Translations under genes and position numbers: made by a program
Part shown: in pieces, positions 10,230 to 20,111 of the stretch
Position numbering within the stretch: position 1 is the stretch's first letter
Layout: every line of letters starts with the position of its first letter
DNA from: Thermodesulfobacteriota bacterium
GTDB taxonomy: Bacteria > Desulfobacterota > Desulfarculia > JACQYL01
Direction of reading: 5' to 3'
Assembly (NCBI GenBank): GCA_963675595.2
Contig: CAXXLZ010000002.1
Coordinates: 1,312,001 to 1,376,000, forward strand
Length of the DNA: 64,000 bases
The notes under the pieces: generated by a model
Databases searched by the model: none
What the model saw: the letters and a program-made list of their open reading frames with translations, nothing else
What the model was told of the DNA's origin: nothing

Positions 10230-11510
10230 ATGAACATCCTGATGGTAACCAATACGTTTACACCCCATGTGGGCGGCGTGGCTCGGTCTGTGGAACGGTT
10301 CACGGCCGAATATCGTCGGCAGGGACGGCGCGTGGTGGTGGTGGCTCCCGAATTCGAGGGGCAACCCGACAGGGAGCTGGATGTGGTGCGAGTCCCCGCC
10401 ATTCGTCACTTCAGCGATGGAGACTTCTCCATGAGCCTACCCGTAATCCACCTGGATTCCCTTTTCCAGGACGGATTCCGGCCCGATTTGATTCATTCCC
10501 ACCACCCCTACCTGCTGGGGGACACGGCCTTGAGATTGGGGGCGAAGTTCGGCGTCCCCGTCGTATTCACGCACCACACCATGTATGAAGAATACACCCA
10601 TTACGTGCCCGGCGACTGGGAACAACTCCGAAAATTCGTCGTCGAACTCGCCACGGGTTATGCCAACATGTGCGCTCACGTCATCGCACCAAGCGGTAGT
10701 GTCGGCGAAATCATCCGGAGCCGAGGCGTGTCCGCGCCCATCGAGGTGATCCCGACAGGCGTGGAAACCGATGATTTCCGTGAAGGCGAGAGAGACGAAT
10801 TTCGTCGGAAACACGATATTCCGGCGGAGGCCTTCGTAGCGGGTCACCTCGGTAGACTAGCTCCGGAAAAAAATCCGGAATTCCTCTGCCGCTCTCTGGT
10901 GCGGTTCCTCAGCCGCCACAAGGATGCTCATTTTCTGGTGGTGGGTGACGGACCCTCCACCCACGATATGCGAAAAATTTTCAGCAAAGCCCGGCAGGAG
11001 AGGCGAGTCCACTTTACAGGCACTTTAAAGGGACGAGACGTGGTGGACGCCTACCACGCCATGGATGTATTCGCGTTTTCCTCGAAATCGGAAACCCAGG
11101 GGTTGGTCCTGGTGGAGGCCATGGCGTCCGGAGTCCCGGTGGTCGCACTGGACGCACCCGGTGCACGCGACGTATGCCGGGATACCCGGAACGGAAGGTT
11201 GGTGAAAAACGAGGACCCGGAGGAATTCGCTCAAGCGCTGACCTGGACCAAGGATCGCTTGGGCGATTCGCCTGAATGGTTCAGCGAAGCATGCGAAGAA
11301 ACGGCCGGCGCGCACTCGTCGTCGTCCTGCGCGGAAAGGGTTTTGGCGCTGTACAAAAAGATATTGGATGAAAAATCAGCGAGAAAGGGTTTCGACGAAA
11401 AGGCATGGGATACTCTGCACAGACGAGTTAGACGGGAGTGGGAACTCTGGAACAACCGTTTGGGTGCCTTGGCCGACACCATTTCGGACGCCGTCGGCGG
11501 AGGCGACTGA
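10230..11510 (+). CDS. Glycosyltransferase family 4
   Basis: MNILMVTNTFTPHVGGV, GRLAPEKN and ETQGLVLVEAMASGVPVV. Confidence 0.92.
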   Translation: MNILMVTNTFTPHVGGVARSVERFTAEYRRQGRRVVVVAPEFEGQPDRELDVVRVPAIRHFSDGDFSMSLPVIHLDSLFQDGFRPDLIHSHHPYLLGDTALRLGAKFGVPVVFTHHTMYEEYTHYVPGDWEQLRKFVVELATGYANMCAHVIAPSGSVGEIIRSRGVSAPIEVIPTGVETDDFREGERDEFRRKHDIPAEAFVAGHLGRLAPEKNPEFLCRSLVRFLSRHKDAHFLVVGDGPSTHDMRKIFSKARQERRVHFTGTLKGRDVVDAYHAMDVFAFSSKSETQGLVLVEAMASGVPVVALDAPGARDVCRDTRNGRLVKNEDPEEFAQALTWTKDRLGDSPEWFSEACEETAGAHSSSSCAERVLALYKKILDEKSARKGFDEKAWDTLHRRVRREWELWNNRLGALADTISDAVGGGD

Positions 11511-11587
11511 GTTTCCATGAACCGCAGCGTCGGGGGAGTATTGCCGCACGTACCGTCCACTTTCAACGTTCAATCGAGGGGGTTCTT

Positions 11588-12733
11588 ATGGACAGGCTGA
11601 CGAAAGAAGACCTTAGAATATTGATGGGAATGACGCACGGCGCTTCCGTATCCATGTATTTGCCCACCCACAGGTCCGCCTCAAAAAACCAGGAAGATCG
11701 AATTCGTTTCAAGAACTTGCTCCGCAACGCCGAGGGCAAGCTCAAAGAGCGTGGGGAATCCGACCCCGGAGAAATCCTGGCCCACGCCTACGCTCTGCAT
11801 GACGACAGCATGTTCTGGCGCCATCAGAGCGACGGTCTCGCGGTGTTCGTTTCCCCCGATTATTTCCGCTCTTTTCGCCTCCCCGTTTCCTTCAAGGAAA
11901 TGCTGGTGGCCGCTCGGCGCTTTCACATCAAACCGTTGATTTCGTTCCTTACCAATGACCAGTTGTTCTACGTCCTGGCTCTCAGCTTGAACCGTGTCCG
12001 CCTGTTGGAATGCAGCCGACAAAGCTGCGAAGAAATACAAACGGAAGGAGTACCCGAAGGCATAGGTGACACACTCAAATACGACGAATTCGAAAAGCAG
12101 ATACAGTATCACACCGGCGCTTCCTCGGGCGGAGGGAGAAGACCGGCCATGTTTCACGGTCAGGGCGTGGGAAACGACGACAACAAGGACAACATCCTCC
12201 GCTACCTCACCGACGTGAACAAAGGCATAAAAGAATACATCAAAGAGCCCAAGGCCCCGGTCATTCTGGCGGGCGTGGACTATGTGCTTTCCATGTATTT
12301 GAATCTTTCCTCTCTGCCCAACGACATGGAAAAAGGAATTCCCGGGAATCCGGACAATTTGAGCAACAAAGAGCTGCACGCGCGCGCATGGGAACAGGCC
12401 AGGAGTCGTTTGGAGGGAAAAGAACGGAAGGCCTTGGAACGAATCTCCGAAATCGGCGACGCGCAACGCGTTTCGCGCAGTGTAAGGGAGGTGGTGCCGG
12501 CCGCCTTCGAGGGGCGCGTGGAAGAGCTCTTTGTTCCCTACGGAAAGCACGTCTGGGGCGCCTATGACGCGGCCGCCAATTCAGTCGACGTCCATGACCC
12601 GAAACATCCGGGAGACGAAGACCTCTTGGACTTGGCGGCGGTTCAGACTCTGATGAGAGGCGGAACCGTTTATGCCCTGGAACCCTCAAGAATCCCCGAT
12701 GGAAACCCTTTGGCAGCCGTATACCGCTATTAG
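11588..12733 (+). CDS. Bacterial archaeo-eukaryotic release factor family protein (baeRF3/baeRF7-like)
   Basis: VSMYLPTHR...DRIRFKNLL, FW...DGLAVF, GRVEELF and terminal LAAVYRY. Start ATG 11588 after GAGGGG. Confidence 0.75.
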   Translation: MDRLTKEDLRILMGMTHGASVSMYLPTHRSASKNQEDRIRFKNLLRNAEGKLKERGESDPGEILAHAYALHDDSMFWRHQSDGLAVFVSPDYFRSFRLPVSFKEMLVAARRFHIKPLISFLTNDQLFYVLALSLNRVRLLECSRQSCEEIQTEGVPEGIGDTLKYDEFEKQIQYHTGASSGGGRRPAMFHGQGVGNDDNKDNILRYLTDVNKGIKEYIKEPKAPVILAGVDYVLSMYLNLSSLPNDMEKGIPGNPDNLSNKELHARAWEQARSRLEGKERKALERISEIGDAQRVSRSVREVVPAAFEGRVEELFVPYGKHVWGAYDAAANSVDVHDPKHPGDEDLLDLAAVQTLMRGGTVYALEPSRIPDGNPLAAVYRY

Positions 12734-13014
12734 CGGACCATTCAAAGCAAGAAATCGGACTTTGAATTTTGGTCGCTCCCATCCACCAACAAAGAGATTG
12801 ACGAAAGCATGGTAGACGAGCGATCATTGGGACTGAATTTTGAGTGGACATGAGTAACAGGTGTTAATGCTTCGAACATTTCAGAAGAGGAGATGAAACG
12901 GGGAAAGAGTTAGGGAATGGTCACAAAAAGAAGTTAATTTTTATCAGTCAAGATAGCGGATCGTTTTCAAAGAATGAATCTTTTCCAAATTCTACCTCTC
13001 GATTGGAGGAGGCC

Positions 13015-13557
13015 ATGAAAATTAAGTGGATATCGGTGATCGTTGTGGCCCTGTTCGCAAGCATGTTGCTTCTGGTCGCTTGCGAAAAGGAACAGCCCCA
13101 AGAACAGCCGCAGGAACAAGTACAGGAACAGGTGCAGGAACAACCTGCTGCGGAACCTGCAACCGAGCAGGCTCAAGAGGCTATGGACAGCGCCAAGGAA
13201 AAAATGGGTGAAGCCGTGGAGCAGGCGGGTGAGGCCGCTGAGCAGGCGGGTGAGGCCGCGACCGGGATGAAGGACGAGTTCGTAAACATGGCTCAAGACA
13301 AGCTCGCCCAGGTCGAGACCGAGCTTCAAGCCCTGAAGACGACCATGGATGAAAAAGGCGAGTCCGTTACCGAAAGCGTCAAAATGGAATGGGAATCCTT
13401 ACAGGCCAAAGTAGACGATGCAAAAGCGGAACTCGACAAGATCAAGGCTTCGGGAGAGGACTCCTGGGATGCTGCCAAGATGGCCGTACAGAAATCCTTG
13501 GACGAACTCCAATCCGGATATGAAGACCTGAAAGGAAAGTTCGGAGCTGCCGAATAA
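13015..13557 (+). CDS. Lipoprotein with Q/E-rich repeats and a helical (apolipoprotein/YtxH-like) C-terminus
   Basis: GGAGG RBS and lipobox LLLVAC. Short tandem repeats EQPQ/EQVQ and AVEQAGE. Confidence 0.75.
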   Translation: MKIKWISVIVVALFASMLLLVACEKEQPQEQPQEQVQEQVQEQPAAEPATEQAQEAMDSAKEKMGEAVEQAGEAAEQAGEAATGMKDEFVNMAQDKLAQVETELQALKTTMDEKGESVTESVKMEWESLQAKVDDAKAELDKIKASGEDSWDAAKMAVQKSLDELQSGYEDLKGKFGAAE

Positions 13558-13747
13558 ACAGCCGGACTTTTAGGACACGGGGGAAGAATTCCGCCGCCGC
13601 CGCATACGCGGTTACAGGTCGAACTTCCCGCGTCGTCGAAACGAGGCCCGACGCAAGAGAAATGATGCTCTCTTGATTCGGGCTTTCGTGTGTCCGTGGG
13701 GCGTTAACGGCATTAGTGGCCGAGCCTGCGACCTAATCGGACGTGGA

Positions 13748-14932
13748 TCACTCCCTCTTACCGCGAAGCCCATCACCGCAAATCCTTCGGTACAGTTCCG
13801 TCAACCTGAAAAAGGTCCGTTCACAGGAGAAGTGCTCCACGATGCGTTTTCTTCTACGCTCCCGATCTTCCTTGGATTCTCTCCGCTCGCAAATTCTTCT
13901 CACCTGAACCGCCAGGGAGTCGGGGCTTTCATCCTCGGCCACGATCAGAGGTTCTTCACCCTCGAGGGTTTCTTCCATTCCCCCGCCCCTTACGCAAAGA
14001 ACCGGCGTTCCGCAGGCCTGGGCTTCGAGAGAGACCAGGCCGAAAGTCTCATGAAGACCGGCGTGCACGAACAAATCGGAAGCCGAATAGTATTCCGAAA
14101 GCTCTTCGGGATTCCTCAAGTAGGGAAGCCGTGTCACATGATCCCGCCTCTCGACTTCCTCCAGCACTTCGTCCCGCGTGTCTCCTTCTCCAATGATCAC
14201 CAGGTGAAAACGTTGCTCCTCGTTTTCGAGCAGGTCCATCATCCCGAACAGACTTTCCAAATTCTTCATGTGAGCCAAACGTCCCACAAACAATAGCAGA
14301 AACGTGTCCTCAGCGAGATGCAGTCGATGGAAGAGTTTCTTCCTCGCTCCCTCCCGGGGCTTGAAGGCCTCCGCGTCCACACAAAGCGGAATTCTGACGA
14401 TCCTCTCAATTCCCAGGTCGGTCAGGATGCGCTCGAATCGCAGAGTGGCCACGATGGTCGCGTCCATCCGGTTGTGGAGGCCGCGTAGGTAACGCCCCGT
14501 GTGTCTAGACACAAGTCGGCCGGGCGGAGACCCCAGGTATCTCCGAATGTCGTCGCCGAAGGCGCGAGGATAGTCGGAATGGTAGAAGGCGACCACCGGC
14601 AGATTCCATTGAAGCCCCGCCTTCAGTCCGATCCATGCGGACCAGTACGAGTCCTCCACTTCCAACAGGTGCGGGCGCTCCTCTGAAATGATGTGTCGGA
14701 TCTTCTTCCATGAAGTGAGCATCCGATAGTTGCCGGACCCGATCAATGGGAAAGACTTGATCCCGTATATTCGGGTTCGGCCTACCTCTCGCAGTTCGTC
14801 TCGTTTTGAGGGGATGATCAGCACATGCCGCAGATCGGGCCTACTTTCCAAATAGTGCATTTTATCATTGATATAACGTTTCACCCCCCCACTGGTGGGA
14901 CTATAGAACTGCACGATATCGCAAAGTTTCAT
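13748..14932 (-). CDS. Glycosyltransferase family 4 (mannosyltransferase-like)
   Basis: QFYSPTSGGVKRY, FVGRLAHMKN and HETFGLVSLEAQACGTPV. Confidence 0.9.
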   Translation of the reverse strand: MKLCDIVQFYSPTSGGVKRYINDKMHYLESRPDLRHVLIIPSKRDELREVGRTRIYGIKSFPLIGSGNYRMLTSWKKIRHIISEERPHLLEVEDSYWSAWIGLKAGLQWNLPVVAFYHSDYPRAFGDDIRRYLGSPPGRLVSRHTGRYLRGLHNRMDATIVATLRFERILTDLGIERIVRIPLCVDAEAFKPREGARKKLFHRLHLAEDTFLLLFVGRLAHMKNLESLFGMMDLLENEEQRFHLVIIGEGDTRDEVLEEVERRDHVTRLPYLRNPEELSEYYSASDLFVHAGLHETFGLVSLEAQACGTPVLCVRGGGMEETLEGEEPLIVAEDESPDSLAVQVRRICERRESKEDRERRRKRIVEHFSCERTFFRLTELYRRICGDGLRGKRE

Positions 14933-15217
14933 GTCCGTCTCGGTACGCCTGCGTTCCGTCGAACGGCTTGGTTGGTGGATGAGATTCCTACATTCATGGT
15001 TAATTTATATCACAGTAAAGGAACGGCGCGAGAAGGCCACTGAAATGACACAAAAAAACAAGGACTCCTCTCGAGAATCCGTCGGCACCTTTTTCGCAAG
15101 GAGGCTCTTTCGGGTCGCCGGAATGGAGAAATACACGATACAGCCGATTCGGTTTCCGACGACTTGTTATAGAATTCCTACCGAATCGAGAAACACAAAA
15201 AGAATAAGGAGGTCGTC

Positions 15218-15520
15218 ATGACGGCTTGTGGTGAATTTACAAGAAGCATGTTGAGGGACCCCGTTGATGTAAAGGTGGATTCTCCGGCTCTCGACCTAAA
15301 GTCCGCCCGCGATGTCGCGGACGGCAGGGCCGCCGAATTGGCCGCGGATCCCATGCTGATTGCCTGGTACGACGCGAAAACGGGCATGTTCTCTCCTACG
15401 GTGGAATGCTGCAGCGAAGAGAAACCGGGTTGGTTGGTTTACGCCGAATCCAGGGGAGGAGACTTGGTTATCGACGTCAACAAGGAAGAATACGTGTTCG
15501 TTTACCATAGGGGCAACTAG
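15218..15520 (+). CDS. AF1514 family (DUF5619-like) protein
   Basis: DPMLIAWYD...PGWLVYAESRGGDLVIDVNKEEYVFVY. AGGAGG RBS. Confidence 0.7.
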   Translation: MTACGEFTRSMLRDPVDVKVDSPALDLKSARDVADGRAAELAADPMLIAWYDAKTGMFSPTVECCSEEKPGWLVYAESRGGDLVIDVNKEEYVFVYHRGN

Positions 15521-16461
15521 TGGAATCCGTCATCACGTTAACCATGAATCCCTCCGTCGACGTGAATACTTCCATCGACAATGTGGTTCCCGAAAGGAAG
15601 TTACGTTGCGGTGAGTATGCCTATGAGCCGGGAGGAGGAGGTCTAAACGTTTCAAAAGCCCTGTCCAAACTGGGAAGTGAATCCTTCGCCTATTTCACCC
15701 ATGGCGGGCGGACGGGGCTTCTGCTCAACGACCTGATCAGCAAAGAGGATATCAACAGCCGGGGCATCCCCATACAGGGATGGACGAGGCAGAACTTCAT
15801 CGTTCTGGAAAAGAACACGGATCAGCAATACCGTTTCGGAGCACCCGGCCCCCGCCTGGAACGAGTGGAATGGGATCGGGCGTTGGAGACCGTCCTCAAT
15901 CATGAGCCGAAGCCCGGTTACTTGGTGGCCTCGGGAAGTCTCCCACCCGGCGTTCCCGATGATTTTTACGCGCGCCTGGTCCGTCGTGCGCGTGAACGTG
16001 ATATACGAGTGGCATTGGACACTTCGGGAACTCCCTTGGTAAACGCCCTTCAGGCGGGGCCCTTCCTTGTCAAACCCAATTTTCGGGAGTTGCGGCTCGC
16101 GCTGGGAAAAGACCTGTCCGAAGAGAAAGAACAGGAAGACGCCGTGGCGGACCTTGTCGCGACCTGCGGATGTGCTCTTGTGGTGGTATCCCTGGGAGCC
16201 GCCGGCGTGCTGGCTGGCACGCGCGACGGAGTGAAAAGATTTCGGGCTCCCACGGTTAAAATCCGGAGCACGGTGGGCGCGGGCGACAGTACCGTTGCCG
16301 GAATGGTGTTTCAACTCGCCCGGGGGAAGTCCCTTTCAGAAGCGGTTTGTTACGGCGTGGCCGCCGGTTCCGCCGCGGTGATGACTCCGGGAACGGAACT
16401 CTGCCGCAAAGAGGATGCGGACAGGCTGTTCGAGGTCATTGTATGCTCCGCTTCCCTGTAA
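15520..16461 (+). CDS. pfkB: 1-phosphofructokinase family hexose kinase (PfkB)
   Basis: TLTMNPSVD, PGGGGLNV, SGSLPPG, KPN and STVGAGDS. The start overlaps the upstream stop. Confidence 0.9.
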   Translation: MESVITLTMNPSVDVNTSIDNVVPERKLRCGEYAYEPGGGGLNVSKALSKLGSESFAYFTHGGRTGLLLNDLISKEDINSRGIPIQGWTRQNFIVLEKNTDQQYRFGAPGPRLERVEWDRALETVLNHEPKPGYLVASGSLPPGVPDDFYARLVRRARERDIRVALDTSGTPLVNALQAGPFLVKPNFRELRLALGKDLSEEKEQEDAVADLVATCGCALVVVSLGAAGVLAGTRDGVKRFRAPTVKIRSTVGAGDSTVAGMVFQLARGKSLSEAVCYGVAAGSAAVMTPGTELCRKEDADRLFEVIVCSASL

Positions 16462-16962
16462 GAACTCGAAGGAAAACACTCAATGTCCCGCTCCTATGAA
16501 CCGATGCCCCATGATAGACGAGAATCCCGAGGGGGACGGCGCGCATAAAGCTCGCCGAAGTCTTGAACAAGAGAGCGGGAGCCGCCGATCACGCGGTCCG
16601 GCATCCGTCTCGATCCTCCGCGGAACAACGGGGTGTTTTGATGCCTTCGACGGAGCCTATCCACTCCGGTCTCAAGGAAGCGAACAATCTCGACATATCC
16701 GGCCGGATCCATTTGCTTCCCGCCGTGGTATGGGGAACCGGATCGTCCTCCCGGTTCCGTCCTTTTCCGACACCTCGGTGCTCCGAGAAACCCCCTCTGA
16801 AATTTCATCAAGGTCGCCGTCCATTACGAGTTTCCGTCACACAACCCCTTGAGCCGGTGTCCGGAAAAGAGTATCTTGGCTAACTATGCGACTCGATTCT
16901 ATTTCTCAACATTACCAGACGGCGTCGCCCCACCGGAGACGTTTCAGGACCGGGAGAGCACC

Positions 16963-17622
16963 ATGGAGTACCCTTTTGAACTCAAGGATTGCGCTTTAAT
17001 CGCCATTGCCACCGGAGAAAAGGCGCAAACCCTCCGAGAACTCAGGGACCGACTTACCACCACCCACCAGGGCTGTATTTACTATCATTTCTGGGGTGGG
17101 CTGCTGGAAGCGCGATTCGACGATCCCGAATTCCAGAACGATTTCGCGGCTTGGGCCTGGCGCAGCCTTCACGACGCTCCTTTGGCGGAGCGTCTCGCCA
17201 TCATTGATCCCAAGAACTACGAAAATATGGACGCGCTGCGCCGCGAACTTATTGAGGTCATCGAGGAGCGACTCGATGAGAGCGAACTGCTTCCCTGGAC
17301 CAGAGCGGGGAATCAGTTTCGATTCATTCGATCACAAGTCGTCGTTTTTGATACCAAAATCAGAATCCATACCATCGAGGAACTCAAGGAGGCGATCCCC
17401 AGGATGTCCCAGGGGAGCGTCTTTTATCACTTCATCGACGCGCGCAGAAGGACCGAAAAAAGGGGCAACGACTTCTCGGAATGGGTCGTTCAGCTTGGGG
17501 AGCCCTATGAAGCTTTGGCCAATCAAATTCGGGCCATCGATCCGTACTTCACTTCACTCAGCGAACTCAAAGAGGAGTTGGAGAAGGTGATCGCAGGCTT
17601 TAAACCCAGGGAGGACGCCTGA
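16963..17622 (+). CDS. DUF5752 family protein
   Basis: PFELKDCALIAIATG...IYYHFWG...NDFAAW, internally repeated as FYHF...NDFSEW. Directly upstream of treT. Confidence 0.75.
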   Translation: MEYPFELKDCALIAIATGEKAQTLRELRDRLTTTHQGCIYYHFWGGLLEARFDDPEFQNDFAAWAWRSLHDAPLAERLAIIDPKNYENMDALRRELIEVIEERLDESELLPWTRAGNQFRFIRSQVVVFDTKIRIHTIEELKEAIPRMSQGSVFYHFIDARRRTEKRGNDFSEWVVQLGEPYEALANQIRAIDPYFTSLSELKEELEKVIAGFKPREDA

Positions 17623-18860
17623 TGGAAAGCCTTCTCGAAAGCTATGCCCGAGTCGTCGGGGGAACGGTTATCGACCACTTGTACCAGCTCGCCGAGTCCC
17701 TCGAAGGGAAAAAGGTCGTACACATCAATTCCACGAAAGAAGGAGGCGGAGTAGCCGAGATTCTCCACAGGCTCGTCCCTTTGAAATCCGAACTGGGTCT
17801 GGATGTATCGTGGGAAGTGATTACCGGAGACAGCGACTTCTACAGGTGCACCAAGGGCATGCACAACGCCCTGCAGGGCAATCGAATCGACATACCGAAG
17901 ACCCTGCTTCGGCACTATGAAGACGTGAACGCGGAAAACGCCCAACGCCTGAAGGACGTACTCGAGAACGCGGATTTCGTGTTCATCCACGATCCCCAGC
18001 CGGCTCCCCTGTTACGGATGTGCCCCAACCGTAAGGGGAAATGGATTTGGAGATGCCACATCGACGTAAGTCGTCCCTACCGGCCCATCTGGAAGTACGT
18101 TCGGGAACATGTCGAGGACTATCACGCCAGCGTCTGGTCTCTCTCGGAGTTCGCTCAATCTCTGCCCCATCCCCTCTATCTCATCGCTCCGAGCATCGAT
18201 CCGTTGAGCGAAAAGAACGTGGAACTGGACCCGAAAGAGCTGAATGAGGCCTACGAACGATGGAATCTGGATCAGGATCGCCCCATCATTACGCAGGTTT
18301 CCAGGTTCGACCGTTTCAAGGACCCTGTGGGGGTGATTCATGCCTACCGTTTGGTGAAGGACTTCACTCCGATCCAACTGGTTTTAGCCGGCGGAGGCGC
18401 CTCGGATGACCCCGAGGGACAGGAAGTGTTGGAGGAGGTTCGGGCGGCGGCCGGCGACGACCCGGACATCCATATCCTGGTGCTCCCTCCCGATGCTCAC
18501 CGCGACATCAATGCGTTACAGCGCGTATCGGACATCGTGTTGCAGAAGTCGCTCCGGGAAGGCTTCGGACTCACCGTCACCGAGGCCATGTGGAAGGGGA
18601 AACCCGTCATCGGAGGAGATACCGGGGGCATTCGCCTGCAGGTCATCAACCATCATACCGGGTTCCTGGTGAATACGCCGGAGGGCGCCGCGGTACGTAT
18701 CCGCTATCTCCTCAAGCATCAACAGGTGCTCATGGAAATAGGACGAAAAGCTCGGAAACTCGTACTGGAGAATTTCTTGCTGACGCGCCACTTGCGGGAA
18801 TATCTGACGCTCATGGTTTCAACCATGAACAACAGCCATGATCGAATCGAACTCGGGTAA
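17622..18860 (+). CDS. treT: Trehalose synthase TreT-type glycosyltransferase
   Basis: HINSTKEGGGVAEIL, IHDPQP, WRCHID, QVSRFDRFKDP and EGFGLTVTEAMWKGKPV. Confidence 0.88.
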   Translation: MESLLESYARVVGGTVIDHLYQLAESLEGKKVVHINSTKEGGGVAEILHRLVPLKSELGLDVSWEVITGDSDFYRCTKGMHNALQGNRIDIPKTLLRHYEDVNAENAQRLKDVLENADFVFIHDPQPAPLLRMCPNRKGKWIWRCHIDVSRPYRPIWKYVREHVEDYHASVWSLSEFAQSLPHPLYLIAPSIDPLSEKNVELDPKELNEAYERWNLDQDRPIITQVSRFDRFKDPVGVIHAYRLVKDFTPIQLVLAGGGASDDPEGQEVLEEVRAAAGDDPDIHILVLPPDAHRDINALQRVSDIVLQKSLREGFGLTVTEAMWKGKPVIGGDTGGIRLQVINHHTGFLVNTPEGAAVRIRYLLKHQQVLMEIGRKARKLVLENFLLTRHLREYLTLMVSTMNNSHDRIELG

Positions 18861-18940
18861 TCTTTCCGGCGGACGCCGTTTCGCCGGAGCCGCACGAAAC
18901 TCCGGCGGGAGCGATGTCGATAGAGGAAGGAGGTTGTTCT

Positions 18941-19600
18941 TTAGTCCCCGATCAGCCCCTTCTTGATGGCATATGCCGTCAATTCCGACGCACTGTGAAG
19001 GTCCAGCTTCCGCATGATGTTCGATCGGTGCGTTTCAACGGTCTTGACGCTGATGCAGAGGTAATCGGCGATTTCCTTGTTGATGTAGCTCTCGGCGATC
19101 AGTTTGAGCACTTGCCGCTCGCGGGCGGTGAGCGTATCCCACGCGGAAGACTCCTTGATGGACCCGGCGCCCTCCAGGTATCCCTCGATCACCCGATCAC
19201 TGATCATGGGACTGATGAATCGCTTTCCTTTGAACGCACTTTCCAACGCGAGCAACAACTCGTCTTTGGTCGCGTATTTCAGCACGTATCCATCCGCTCC
19301 AGCCCTGAACGCCTCCAGCACGTGCTCTTCGGTCTTGTGCACGGTCAGCACGAGAATCTTCACACCGGGATTCTGAGATTTGATTTCCCGAATGGCCTCC
19401 AGACCGTTCATCCTGGGCATGGATAGGTCCATGAGCACAAGATCGGGTTGAAGTTCGTTAACCGCTCGTATCGCCTCGAGACCGTCGGAGGCTTCCCCCA
19501 CGACCTCGTAGTCGGATACCGTTGTGATCAGCATTCGCAGCCCCGCCCGGATGATCGTATGGTCTTCCGTGATCAGAATGCGCTTCTTGTTTTCCTGCAT
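18941..19600 (-). CDS. NarL/LuxR family response regulator
   Basis: REC domain (EDH, DLVLMDLSMP, GYVLK) plus LuxR HTH (LTARERQVL...SVKTVETHR). Confidence 0.95.
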   Translation of the reverse strand: MQENKKRILITEDHTIIRAGLRMLITTVSDYEVVGEASDGLEAIRAVNELQPDLVLMDLSMPRMNGLEAIREIKSQNPGVKILVLTVHKTEEHVLEAFRAGADGYVLKYATKDELLLALESAFKGKRFISPMISDRVIEGYLEGAGSIKESSAWDTLTARERQVLKLIAESYINKEIADYLCISVKTVETHRSNIMRKLDLHSASELTAYAIKKGLIGD

Positions 19601-20111
19601 ACCGACCCTCCTCGGCCTTCCTCATCCCAAAGAGCCCGCATCAACGAATACTTAGCGAACTCGACCGCCGAACGGACAATTTTCTCCGGCGTCTGAGCGA
19701 GGCCTCCCCTTTGACCGGTCCGTGCGGTCGCCAAACAAAAAAAAATGGACGAAATGGGAAATTGAGCAATTATTCACGTAACACGCCCCCCCTCACCTGT
19801 CAAGCAACCCGAAACCGCCGATTAGAGTTGCTTCGAGCCGACCACGAAGGTCTTCGTCCCTATTCGCGACATACGCTCCACACCACCCGAACGAACCCCA
19901 CACACAATCGGCGGTTGGCCCCAATACACGTTTTTTACCGCCGTCTTCTCTTTCATTTTGACGATTCCTCATTTCTCGTCTAATTAGCACAGTGCGGAGT
20001 AAACTCGCCCCTTCGGAAGGGATTGCCTCGACGGCATGCTCGGATTCAGGTTGCATTGGAACTCGGAATCCGGCCGTCGTTCGGCATCCGTAATCTTCAC
20101 AAGGAATCCCC

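Noticed and set aside
13095-13262. Short tandem DNA repeats (12 and 21 bp)
   Set aside because: In-frame coding repeats of the lipoprotein linker, not an independent element.
16494-16883. Small ORFs between pfkB and DUF5752
   Set aside because: No RBS or motif support on either strand.
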